From positions 372,001 through 436,000 of the forward strand of contig CAXHJY010000001.1 in the NCBI GenBank assembly GCA_964016885.1: a stretch of DNA of 64,000 bases. Direction: 5' to 3'. Position numbers and translations under genes: made by a program. Below the pieces are notes generated by a model that searched no databases, had not been told where the DNA came from, and was given only the letters and a program-made list of their open reading frames with translations. This document shows, piece by piece, positions 35,359 to 46,799 of the stretch (positions are counted from its first letter, which is position 1; each line of letters begins with the position of its first letter). This DNA comes from Eledone cirrhosa (taxonomy: Eukaryota).

Positions 35359-35562
35359 TACGTATATATACACATACATACATATATATACATATACATA
35401 CATACATACATATATATACATAATATTCATATACATACATACATACATACACATACATACATATACATAAGCATATACACATATACATAAGTATATATAC
35501 ATATACACAAGAATATATACATATACATACATACATATATACATATACATACATATATACAC

Positions 35563-35820
35563 ATCATCATCATCATTCATCATTTCATTTTACGCTCGCT
35601 TTTTCCCTGCTTGCAAGGGTGGGACGGGAACTGATGCTGGCTTAATTTCTACAGCTGGATGCCCTTCCTAACACCAACCTCATTTACAGTGAGTGCTGGG
35701 TGCTTTTTTGCCGTGGCACCTCCACGACCACTTTGCAGTGGAATGATAGGGACCCCTGTCCCTATCATCTCATTTCTACAGCTGAGTAAACTGGAGCAAT
35801 GTGAAATAAAGTGTCTTGCC
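35563..35820 (-). mobile_element. 5'-truncated CORE-like/RTE-tail SINE
   Basis: Matches 6361-6600. Confidence 0.82.
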
Positions 35821-35938
35821 CATACATACATATATATATATATACATATCAGTCCCCATACACATACATATATATACCAGTACTCATATATATATCAGTA
35901 CTTATACATTTGTACTTATATATCAGTATTTAAACATG

Positions 35939-35978
<40 letters not shown>

Positions 35979-36310
35979 AGTACTCATACATACACACATA
36001 TATTAGTATTCATATATTAGTACTTAAACATACATACATATATATACCAGTACTCATATACATATATATCAGTACTTATACACATACATATATATATCAG
36101 TACTTATACACATACACACATATCAGTACTCATACATATACACATATATATATATCAGTACCCATATTCACATACACATATACATATATATATATACCAG
36201 TACCTATATACATACACTTATCAGTACTCATACATATATATATACCAGTACTTATACACACACATATATATATATATATACATATACATCAGTATATATA
36301 TTATTTCATA

Positions 36311-36560
36311 TTACTCAGCTGTAGAAATGAGATGACAGGACCGGGGCCCCCACTGCAAAGTGGTCGTGGAGGTGCCACGGCAAAAAAGCACCCAGCCCAC
36401 ACTGTAAAGTTGACGTGGAGGTGTCATGGAAAAAAAAAGCACCCAGCACTCACTGCAAACGGGGTTGGCGCCAGGAAGGGTACCCAGCTGTAGAAACCAA
36501 TCCACAATCAGCTCCCGTCCCACCCTTGCAAGCATGGAAAAGCGGACGTATGATGAAGAT
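36311..36560 (+). mobile_element. 5'-truncated CORE-like/RTE-tail SINE
   Basis: TTACTCAGCTGTAGAAATGAG..GGCAAAAAAGCACCCAG..GCGGACGTATGATGA. Confidence 0.78.
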
Positions 36561-36667
36561 GATATATATATATATATTAGTATATATATGCACATACATA
36601 TGTACACATATACACATACATATATGTACATATATATACACACATATATATCAGTGTACATATATAT

Positions 36668-37359
36668 AAACATAAATTATCGAGATTCGCATTTCGGCCC
36701 ACGAAATAACGAAAAACAACCTCCGAGATGTGAGGCAAGTGCTCAATGGTTCAGATGAACCAGAGCTATAACAAACGTTAAACGCCAAACACACTGAGAC
36801 GATGGTTAAACAATCATTCGCATAGCCAAAAAAACGATCAAGTAATTCGGGTATTGAAAATTTACCCGGACCCCTGGAAGGTTGGTAAAATCCAGTATTT
36901 GGGTTTCTGCGGCTCCTAAATCAAGTACCGTCCGCTTACATAAATAATGTCAGGCTTCTGGTAAGATGATTGAACAAGGAAGCCACTTTCTCAATAGGTT
37001 TTAGTTCAATGTTAATACAAGGACTGACTATTGCTGACTCCACGTGGGGATCGGCAAGGGAGGCAGCCTCTATATCAGGCGAATAAATTCAGTTATGTAT
37101 ATTTTTGCAAGAATGCAAAAACATCACAAATCGAATAGAGTTCTCAACAGAAGGGTTAAAATTAACATAAGCTATTCATCAGTCAATAGAATCAACTAAA
37201 AAATCAAGAAAATTAACTGGTCAATAGCTAAGAGTCTGGAGATAAATACAAACATAAATTATCGAGATTCGCATTTCGGCCCACGAAATAATGAAAAACA
37301 ACCTCCGAGATGTGAGGCAAGTGCTCAATGGTTCAGTTGAACCAGAGCTATAACAAACG

Positions 37360-37360
<1 letters not shown>
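36668..37360. mobile_element. Unclassified non-coding element with 111-bp terminal direct repeats, in TA microsatellite
   Basis: 36668-36778 is repeated at 37250-37360 (offset 582, about 2 mismatches). No recognisable ORF inside. Confidence 0.65.
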
Positions 37361-37393
<33 letters not shown>

Positions 37394-37896
37394 AATGAAT
37401 ATTTATTCAATTTAAAGCGCCAATTATCTATATATAACAAGTTATCAATTTTTCTAGGGATAGGGAAATTTTCAGTTTGTTTTTATATTTTCACTTCATT
37501 TTTTACTTTCTATTTAATACAGTCTTTGGTCCAATATAATCCTGACACAGTATTTGAACCAGTTTACCTCATATATATGTATGCACACACAACACTCAAG
37601 TTTCCCCATCTACTGCCATTTCATTCATATTTATTGTTTAATTAACTCTGGTCTAATTCATCAACTATTGTTAATTATATTATTACGTAGATTTCTTATA
37701 AAATCTAGTGCTTATATACGTGTATATATACGCATATATATATACACGCAAGAGGGAGACACTGAAATATATGTAAAGAGAGGGGGAGAAATAAGAGGGA
37801 GATAGAGTTATAGAAGTAAAGAGAGGGGGAGAAATAAGCGGTAGATAGAGTAATAGATGTAAATAGAGGTAAAATGAGTAAGAGATAACTCGAGAA

Positions 37897-37983
37897 GTGC
37901 GGAGAGGGTGAGATTCGAACCATGTAAAGTCGTTGGCCCCTGAGGTTCGTAAGCAGGGCTGCTACTGACTGAGCAACGCGGGC
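37897..37983 (-). pseudogene. tRNA-like sequence (tRNA pseudogene or SINE head)
   Basis: Minus strand has A-box-like GTTGCTCAGTCAGTAG and B-box GGTTCGAATC with a long variable region. The acceptor stem does not pair, so it is not called a functional tRNA. Confidence 0.45.
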
Positions 37984-39044
37984 AGCAAGGCAAATCGATA
38001 TAAAATAACGCTTATATCGATAAAAAAAAACAAAAATTTCCATGTCGCCATCTTGTTTGTTGTTTTTATTTGACGTAAACATTTCGCTGCTCTAGCGTCT
38101 TATTTCCTATTAGATTACACTTAATTCCATTAAACATTCATTCTTGGTCTCGTGGTAAACTATTTCATCTATATTTATATCGCTGTTACAGCCTTTTATT
38201 TTTACATCTTTCACATATACCGGTCGTAAAAGTAGCTTTATAACAAGAAACGATGATATAACTCCGCAAAATGTGTTCTTGAGCAAGACACTTCACTTCA
38301 TATTGCTCCAGTACACCTAGTTACACATAGACAGATACATACACAGATAGAAATAAGAGGTAGATAGAGTGATAGATGTAAAGAGAGGGGGAGATGTAGT
38401 AATAGATGTAAAGAGAGGGGGAGAGATAAGAGGGAGATAGAGTAAAAGATGTAAAGAGAGGGGGAGAAGGACGAGTTAGATAGTGTAAAAGATTTAAAGA
38501 GAGGGTGAGAGTGTGACACACATTTATCTGTCTATCTCTCTCTATTTTAACACCGGTCGTATAATTAGTTTTATAACACCGCTATATTACCTACATGAAA
38601 GAGGTAAATAATTATTTCTTAAATGTATAGAACATGTTTCTCTTGTCTTCTTAAATGTATAGAACATGTTTCTTATTTATATTCTTAACATAGCTAGGAC
38701 CTTATCTCATTTACTGGTCTCTACTTTTAGGACTTTGCTGGTCTCACGTGCCCTCCATCAAGACACACTCGTCCCTTCTCTCATACTAATTACTACACAT
38801 ATGTATATATATTTATTTTAAGAAACCTTACTGACAAATAATATAAAGTGTTTGTAAAGTGGGGAAGAGTAGTTTTACGGTGGGGTTGTTATATAGATAT
38901 CGTTTTTGCAGTGGGGTTGTGACTGGCGTATAATAATGAGTCACTGTTGATGTATATACAAATCATATTTTGGATATAAGTGAAGTTATTTAAGAGATTT
39001 AGTTGTTTTGTATATATTCCAGTTGTTTTCTCCCTGTTTCTTCT

Positions 39045-39548
39045 ACAACAACTACAACAGTACGCGATGGGGCCCACCCACAGCCCCGGCGGACAGAATG
39101 GAGAAGGCGTTTCCCCGGAGCAAGGCAAGGGAGACGCGCTTTGGAAAAGCCACTCCAACTCGCGGGGCTCACACCTGCGGCTGGCCAGCTCAGCCCCTAT
39201 GGTGGTGAGTAAGGAGGTAACCCTGGGGCAGAGGACACCAGAAGTCTCCACTTCCAGGGGTACGACCGCAAACCTGTCGAAGAGCGACCGATATTTGAGG
39301 AGTTTGGCCCCCTCAGGCTGACGTGCAGCAGAACCTGGGCCAGTCGCAGACTTCACCAGCTGGGAAGGGAAGCCTGCAGCGTCCAAGCCATACTTAATGA
39401 CCTCGTTGAGGGCAGCATGGCGTGGATTGCGGCCGGCACTGTGGTGACGGGAAAGCGGGTGGAGGCCGAAAGAGCCCATGGTGGAACCGCAGCGACATTG
39501 GTGTGAGGCCGAGCCTCAGGGAAACGCCGATGCGCAGGCTATGGTTGT
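39045..39548 (-). mobile_element. CRE-clade-like non-LTR element 3' fragment (RLE domain, internally deleted)
   Basis: GRNPRHAALNEVIKYGLDAAGFPS, GSAARQPEGAKLLKYRSL..VPLEVETSG and WLFQ; GC-rich island. Confidence 0.68.
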
Positions 39549-39551
39549 CTA

Positions 39552-39846
39552 GAAGAACAAGTCAACATCATTGGATACCATCAGGGTTGCAGGTGTTATA
39601 TCAGAGTTTTCCTTCTCCTAGAATTCTGCCGCGACAAAGGCTAAGGGGTAATCTCTCCCGGTGATTTTGGATGGCCATTGACGCTTAAGAGCTCCTTTGC
39701 CCTTTGACAGGTTTTGTTTTTAGTCCTGCAGGATTTCCAAAGCCACCCTCCTCACCAAGGTGGGGTTTCCAGTTTAGTCGCCAACGACCTGACCATGAGA
39801 CAGGTTGTACTGGGATACATGTTACCAGTAGCAACAACTGGTGACA
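39552..39846 (-). mobile_element. 5' part of the bipartite RTE element family
   Basis: Matches 20615-20907. Confidence 0.75.
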
Positions 39847-39853
39847 TATACAT

Positions 39854-39900
<47 letters not shown>

Positions 39901-39953
39901 TACATACATACATACATACATACATACATACATACATACATACATACATACAT

Positions 39954-40736
39954 AGCCTGGCATGGAGTTCCGACAAGTTTATGACATCACACCTTGAGGG
40001 ATATCTCTATGCAATACAGGAACAAGAACTCCCTACCAAATATCTGCTGCACAAAGGAGGAGGGCCAGCAGCTGACAATAAATGTAGGCTATGTAAAACA
40101 AAGATCGAGGATGTAAGCCACATTGTTGCCAGCTGCGAAAGAATGTCATCTCGCTACTACCTCCCCATGAGACACGATGGGATAGCTAGAACTATCTGGA
40201 ACGCACTTCGGAAAACAAAATTAACAACAAACGAGGAAGAATATATTGAGACAGATGGCACTAAGGAATACTGGTGGAACCTGAAAATAAAAACTGCCAC
40301 CAAATTAAAGCACAACCGGCCTGATATTGTAGTTTGGGACCACACATTGAAAACGTGTTCTGTTGTGGAGATCAGCTGCCCACTTGATGTAAACGTTGTC
40401 AGAAAAATACAGGAGAAGGAGGACATCTACGGACCATTGATGAGGAGCTTACAAATCCAGTATCCAAGATACACCTTTAGCTTCATACCCATCATTATTG
40501 GTGCTACGGGTTATATACCAACCCGCTTGGACCAAAGTATGACCGAACTTGGATTTGCGGACAAAAAGCGCAGCTCCCTAATTCATAGTCTACAAATGGC
40601 TGCGATAGCTGGCACCTTCAAAATATGCAAAACATTCTTGCGATTCAAGGGATGACAATTTCTTTTCTTTTACAACCTTGCCACCAGGAAGGTGGCCGGT
40701 CAAAAAAATATACTCGAAATTAAGAGAAAGAGAAAA
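39954..40736 (+). mobile_element. 5'-truncated second copy of the R4/Dong-like element, flanked by CATA repeats
   Basis: Near-identical to 33858-34639, with the same 3' end GAGAAAGAGAAAA|CATACATA. Confidence 0.93.
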
Positions 40737-40899
40737 CATACATATACACATACATACATACATATATACATATACACATATACACACATATACACATATA
40801 CACATATATACATATACACATATACATATACATACACATATATACATACACATACATACATACACATACATACATATACACATACATACATCATCATCA

Positions 40900-43800
40900 T
40901 CTGTAACTCTAATAATCTAACTATCTGTAACACAAACTTTAAAAAACCAGACAATCACTTGATCACCTATAGATCAGGGGAAACACGCCAGTCAGATAGA
41001 TTATATCCTTACCAGAAGATGTGACAAAGTGTCTGTTGTAAACACTATTTCCCTCCCCCATGAAGAATTCACCTCCCAACATAGCTCATAGTTAGTGACC
41101 TCATAGTCAGGACGAGACGTATTCGACAACAGAGGAGGACTACCCTGAGAAGAAGAATATGAAAGTTAAAGGACCCCACAGCCAGTAACAAATTTAAAAG
41201 CATATTACTTGATGCTTTTGACAGTAAAGAAGAGCAATTAGAGACGTACAGTATAGAGGAACAGTGGGAATTCCTGAAAGCTAACCTGCTGAAGGCGACA
41301 GATGAAATCTGTGGCTGGAGCAGACCTATAGGCAGGAGGAGAGTAACATGATGGTGGAACAGTAAGGTGGAAGAGTCAATCAAGGCCAAAAAGAGAGCTT
41401 GGAAAGTATGGCGGGATGGGGGAAGTAGAGAAGACTATCAAGTGGCCAGGAGGGAAGCTAGGCGACAAGTGTACTTTGCAAGAAGGGAAGCAGAGGAAAT
41501 AAAGTTCAAGCATGTTCTACAACGCGAGGACCAAAAAGGTGAGGTGTTCAGGATTGCTAGGCAATGTGTCAAGGAAAACCGTGATATTGTCGGGGACAAG
41601 TGTGCCCGTAATGATGATGGTATACTTGTCATCACTAATACAGATAAGAAGGTAGCTTGGAAGTGTCATTACGAGAGGCTACTAAATGAGGAGAATAAAT
41701 GGGAAAAAGATAGTCTGCCCCAAATCGATCCAATAGAGGAACTAGCAGTGCAAGTTGAAGGTTGTATAATAAGTAAGGCAATCAAAGATATGGAGACAGG
41801 CAAAGCAGCTGGGCCTTCAGAGATAGTTGCTGAAATGTTGAAAGCATCTGGATCGGTGGGACACACTATGGTCACCCGGATAGTAAACCATGTCATACAG
41901 AATGCTACAAGGGTAAAGGGGAAACTATAGAGGCATTAAATTAATTGACCAGGTCATGAAGGTCACAGAAAGAGTTATAGCGTAATTAATAAGAGAGCGA
42001 ATTGATCTAGACGAAATGCAGTTTGGGTTTGTGTCAGGTAAAAGTACCACAGACGCTCTTTTCCTTGTACGACAACTACAGGAGAAGTACCTAGCTAAAA
42101 GTAAACCCCGATACCTAGCTTTTGTTGACTTGGAGAAAGCCTTTGACAGAGTCCCCTGCTCCATTATCTGGTGGACTCTTAGAAAACTAAGTGATGATGA
42201 ATTGCTTGTCAGAGCTATACAAGCCATGTATACAGAAATAGTCAGCAAGGTTAGAATTAACAACAAATCATCATCATTTTACGTCCGCTTTTCCCTGTTT
42301 GCAAGGGTGGGACGGGAACTGATTCTGGCTTGATTTCTACAGCTGGATGCTCTTCCTAACACCAACCTCATTTACAGTGAGTGCTGGGTGCTTTTTTCCG
42401 TGGCGCCTACACGTACACTTTACACTGTGGGCTGGGTGCTTTTTTGCCGTGGCACCTCCACGACCACTTTGCAGTGGAATGATAGGGACCCCTTTCCTAT
42501 CATCTCATTTCTACAGCTGAGTAAACTGGAGCAATGTCTTGCTCAAGGACACAACACATCACCCGGTCTGAGAATTGAACTCACAACGATTGCAAGGCCA
42601 ATGCTCTAACCACTAAGCCATGTGCCTCCATGAATATAGTGAAGAATTTAGTGTAAAAGTTGTTCATCAGGGCTCTGTCTTAGCCCCCTCCGATTTATTA
42701 TTTCCCTTCAGGCTATAACAGAGAAGTTCAAGCCCATGGGAACTCTTATAGCTAAAATTAACCTGTCTAAGACTAAAGTTCTAGTATGTAGGAATGAAAA
42801 TAGGGTACTGGTCCCATCTGGGAAATGGCCGTGCTCAGTGTGTAGGAAAGGAGTAGGCAGAAACTCCATTTTATGTCCCAAATGCAAAGTACGGGTGCAT
42901 AAAAGATGTAGTGGCGTCACAGGTAAGGTAACTAAGAATATAGATTATATATGTGGCCAGTGCTTAGGTGCAATAAGTAGCAGCAAGTGCCCACCGAATA
43001 CTAGCTCATTCCATTGCACAGATGGTTCTATAGAAATAGTGGACACCTTCCGTTACCTGGGTGACAAATTAAGCAGTGGTGGAGGGTGCTCTGAAAGTAC
43101 AGTAGCCAGAGTCAGAACGGGATGGAAAAAGTTCAGAGCGCTTATACCACTATTGGCCGCTAAAGGTTTCTCTCTAAAAATGAAAGGCAGGCTGTATGAT
43201 GCCTGCATACGAACAGCAATGTTGCATGGCAGTGAGACTTGGGCATTGTGTGCAGAGGATCTGAGCAGACTGGAGAGGAACGAAGCTTGCATGCTCCATT
43301 GGATGTGTAATAGTAAAATATGTGAACGGCAAAGCATAAATGAACTAAGTGAGAAATTAGGAATAAAAGGGATCAAATGCTGTTTACTCGAAAGAAGACT
43401 ACGTTGGTATGGTAACGTGATGCGCATGAAAGACGACAGCTGTATAAAAAAGTGCAGGGCGATCAAAATAGACGGTAGCCACAGAGTAGGCAGACCCAGA
43501 AAAACCTGGGACGACTTGATAAATTCCGACCTCACACACTTACACCTCTCCAAGACAATGTCACTGGACAGAGATCTTTGGCGCTACGCAGTAATACAGA
43601 AGACTCGCCTACAGAAGTGCAAAGCGAAACCTACAGTCAGTAGGCACCTCTTACCAAAATACACACCCGTCCCACTACGCCCACCCCATCCACACCACCC
43701 CCTTAAATGTGAAGTTGGTACCACAACATCCAGTCCAAAACAAATGAGGTCATGTAGGTGTCACGACAAAAAAACATCCAGTCCACGCTGTAATGTGGCC

Positions 43801-44135
43801 GTGTAGGTAACACGGTAAAAACCTCCCAGTACACACTGTAAACGTGGTTGGTGTTGGGAAGGGCACCCAGCCGTAGAAAACCCGCCACACGTGTAGGTGT
43901 CACGACAAAAAAACACACAGTCCACGCTGTAATATGGTCGTGTAGGTAACACGGTAAAAACTTCCCAATCCATACTGTAAACGTGGTTGGTGTTAGGAAG
44001 GGCATCCAGCCGTAGAAAACCCGCCAGACAGTCCTATACGAGCAGGACAACCAATCTTGCCTCAAGTGGGAAAACTCCCGTCCAGACCCATGCAAGCGTG
44101 GAAGATGGACGTTAAACGATGATGATGATGATGAT
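40900..44135 (+). mobile_element. Older degraded copy of a PHD-RTE subfamily with stops, deletions and a SINE insertion
   Basis: ORF pieces 41367..41930, 42016..42265 and 42736..43620 are homologous to 23933-27052 and include CSVC-CPKC-HKRC-CGQC. The YADD segment is deleted. (GAT)n tail at about 44118-44135. Confidence 0.9.
42268..42630 (-). mobile_element. Full-length CORE-like SINE inserted in the RT of the degraded RTE
   Basis: Same family as 6361-6690. It interrupts ..KVRIN|EYSEEFSV. Confidence 0.87.
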
Positions 44136-44329
44136 GTATATATATGTATGTATGTATATGTATATATGTATATGTATATATGTATGTATGTATATATAAT
44201 ATATGTATGTATATATGAATATGTATATATATATGTATACGTATATATATGTATTTATATGTATATATGTATGTATGTATATGTATATATATATATGTAT
44301 ATATATATGTATATATGTATGTATATCTA

Positions 44330-44832
44330 TGTTGGGTCACTCTTGAGTGCTACTGGTTACATGTAACCCAGTACAACCTGTCGCATGGTCGAGTCGTCGG
44401 CGACTAAACCGGTGAGGAGGGTGATTTTGGACACCCTGCAGGACAAAAAACAAAACCTGACAAAGGGTGAAAGAACTCATGAGAGTCGAGGGCCATCCAA
44501 AAGTGTGTAAATATGTATATACACATGTAAACCACTGGGAGTGAAGGACCCATAGCCTTTGTCAGGGCATTCTTCTAGGAGAAGGCAACTCAGGAAACTG
44601 GGATAACTCCGATATAAAACCTGATGCTCAGTAGTTACCGATGATGTTGATCTTCTCTTCTTTTCGGGTTATAGCTACTGTTACTCAGAGAGTGGGATTG
44701 GCTCTGTGCACAGTCTTTCCTCACTTTAAAAAATATCTTCACTCACAGGCATTGACGATAGAATTAGTTAATAATTATTAATAATGTTATATTGTGCAAT
44801 GGCCATATTCGATAACGAGGGGGCAGCTATCA
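44330..44832 (+). mobile_element. Bipartite non-autonomous derivative related to the host RTE (5'UTR + 3' terminus)
   Basis: 44530-44755 is the reverse-complement homolog of 29985-30210, and 44790-44832 is the homolog of 21575-21615. Confidence 0.78.
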
Positions 44833-44917
44833 TCTATGTATATGTATGTATATATGTATAGGTATGTATATGTATATATGTATGGTATATATGTATGTGC
44901 ATATATGTATACATATG

Positions 44918-44958
<41 letters not shown>

Positions 44959-45025
44959 TATGAAGAGAGAAGAAACATTTAGATATAATTAGTAATAAAA
45001 TGTATCATACCTAAACTGCTCCTAG

Positions 45026-45118
45026 ATTCCTCGACTACGTAGTTTCGTGGCATAAACAAAAACAATACATCATAAAGATATAGAGTCTTTGCGAGGTCTG
45101 CCGACTTATCAAGAGGAT
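45026..45118 (-). ncRNA. Degenerate type I hammerhead ribozyme
   Basis: Minus strand: UCCUC-UUGAUAA-GUCGGCA...UGCCAC-GAAAC-UACGUA-GUC-GAGGA. The stems pair, but the core has two transitions relative to CUGAUGA. Confidence 0.6.
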
Positions 45119-45221
45119 ACCTCATTTTACTAGCTTCAAGAACGCGTCTACACGACGTGAGAAAGAATCCCAAAAGGGGGAGATAGTCACGCGATAACGG
45201 TCGAGAAACAGAGCTAAGCCT

Positions 45222-45255
<34 letters not shown>

Positions 45256-45283
45256 ATCAAAAGATGGTTAAAGGAGTTCCATG

Positions 45284-45354
45284 TATTTTATTATGCGCAT
45301 TTCAAAAACAAACATCATCATGCAATAATATTTGTGTTTTCATCAGATAAAACA
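45284..45354 (-). ncRNA. Type I hammerhead ribozyme, catalytic core intact
   Basis: Minus strand: UGUUUUAU-CUGAUGA-[AAACACAAAUAUUAUUGCAUGAUGAUGUUUGUUUUU hairpin]-GAAA-UGCGCA-UA-AUAAAAUA. Stem I is 8 bp, the stem III loop is palindromic and the cleavage triplet is AUA. Confidence 0.8.
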
Positions 45355-46799
45355 GGAGAACATGATATGAAGGCTAAAAAACACTTGTGGATAGTGCATT
45401 TTTAAATCAACATATGAAAAGTAGTTTTAGATTGATGTGATATTGGGAAAAATATTTTATTTAGAGAGGGGGGGTGGAGAGGATGAAAAAAGGGGAGGAG
45501 ATGAGAGTGAAGGTGGAGAGGGAGAGATGGGTGATAGAGAGAAAGAGATAGTTTTTATAACTGAGAGAAGATATATTGTTTTACATAGAGAGGTTGAAAA
45601 CCGTTGGAAGATAATGTATAAATTAAAAGAATTTGAAAATTAACGAAGGGAAAAAATATGTACGAGGAAAGAGAGGGAGTTGATATGTATTGAGATTAAA
45701 AATTGAGATTAAAAAGTTTGAAGATAGAGAGAAAAAATAATAATTGCGGATGAATATTCTAACGTCAAAAAGGTGTATGTTTGTAAGTATTATGGCAATT
45801 TCAAAATTAATGAAGAGAAAAAATTATTAAGGTTTGCGTGTTGAAGGATTTGAGAAAAATAATGTGAAATTAAAGTTTGTATATTGAAGGAATTGATAAT
45901 ATGTGCGAAGAAAGAGTTAATATGTATTAAAAAATTATTAAGGTTTGTGTATTAGATGATTTGAGAAAAATAATGTGAAGTTAAGGTTTGTATATTGAAG
46001 GAATTGATAATATGTGCGAAGAAAGAGTTAATATGTATTAAGAATGAATATTCTAGCGTCAAAAGAAGGAGAGGGAGTTAATGTATTGAGATTAAAAAGT
46101 TTGATGATGGAGAGAAAAAAATAATAATTGCGGATGAATATTCTAACGTCAAAAAAACAAATGTATATGTTATGAAGGATTTTACAAGGTGGAGATAGAA
46201 TGGAGATGAACAAGTATTATAGAGTGTATAATGCCCTTTGAAGTAAGGTAGGAAGATGGGTATAATTTAAAGAGGTGTATGTATATGTGCCTTTGAGAAA
46301 AGATTTTAAATTGATAAAGAATTGAATATTAGCTGTATACTTTGTGAAAAGTCCTATGGAATTTATGCAGGCAGATAGAAAACAAATCTGTACGTCTATT
46401 TATTATAGAATCTAGATTAGAGATAATGGTAAATTTTTCATTTAGGCAGAGATTACAGATTTTAGATAGAGAGCTGTTGAAGTATGAGGACGCAGAAGAA
46501 ACCTTCTTCCAAAAGATGGTATATTTAATGTTTTTGTCTTTCAAGGACCATATGAGTTCTGAGAGAGCCGTGTTGGTTCTTTTAAGTTTGTATTTAAAAG
46601 ATATATATATATATGTATATACATGTATGTATATGTAGCACAACAATTAAGGGGCCGTATATATATATCCAAAATTAAATTAAATTAAGGGTGTCATGTC
46701 AGAGAGACATGCGCCATATCCACCCGCCATATGCTCCAAGATTCCAATGAATAGATCCGAGCATCTTATATCAACTACAAATTGATTGACATATACTGT

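Larger units (their letters stand above)
44985..46600 (-). mobile_element. Penelope-like element 3' end: endonuclease C-terminus at 46329-46600 plus a putative long downstream region with hammerhead motifs
   Basis: TALSELIWSLKDKNIKYTIFWK..CNLCLNEKFTI..INRRTDLFSICLHK* is a typical PLE GIY-YIG C-terminus. The extent of the non-coding part is inferred. Confidence 0.65.

Noticed and set aside
34549-36760. Many short Y/I/H/T- or M/Y/V/C-rich ORFs (also 8531-9098, 21546-22015, 44062-44366)
   Set aside because: They are translations of TA/CA/CATA microsatellites.
37897-37983. Functional tRNA gene
   Set aside because: A and B boxes are present, but the acceptor and anticodon stems do not pair. It is kept only as tRNA-like.
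39714-40655. 313-aa chimeric ORF ending in the RLE endonuclease
   Set aside because: It is a chance read-through from an antisense RTE UTR across a (CATA)n tract into a 5'-truncated element.
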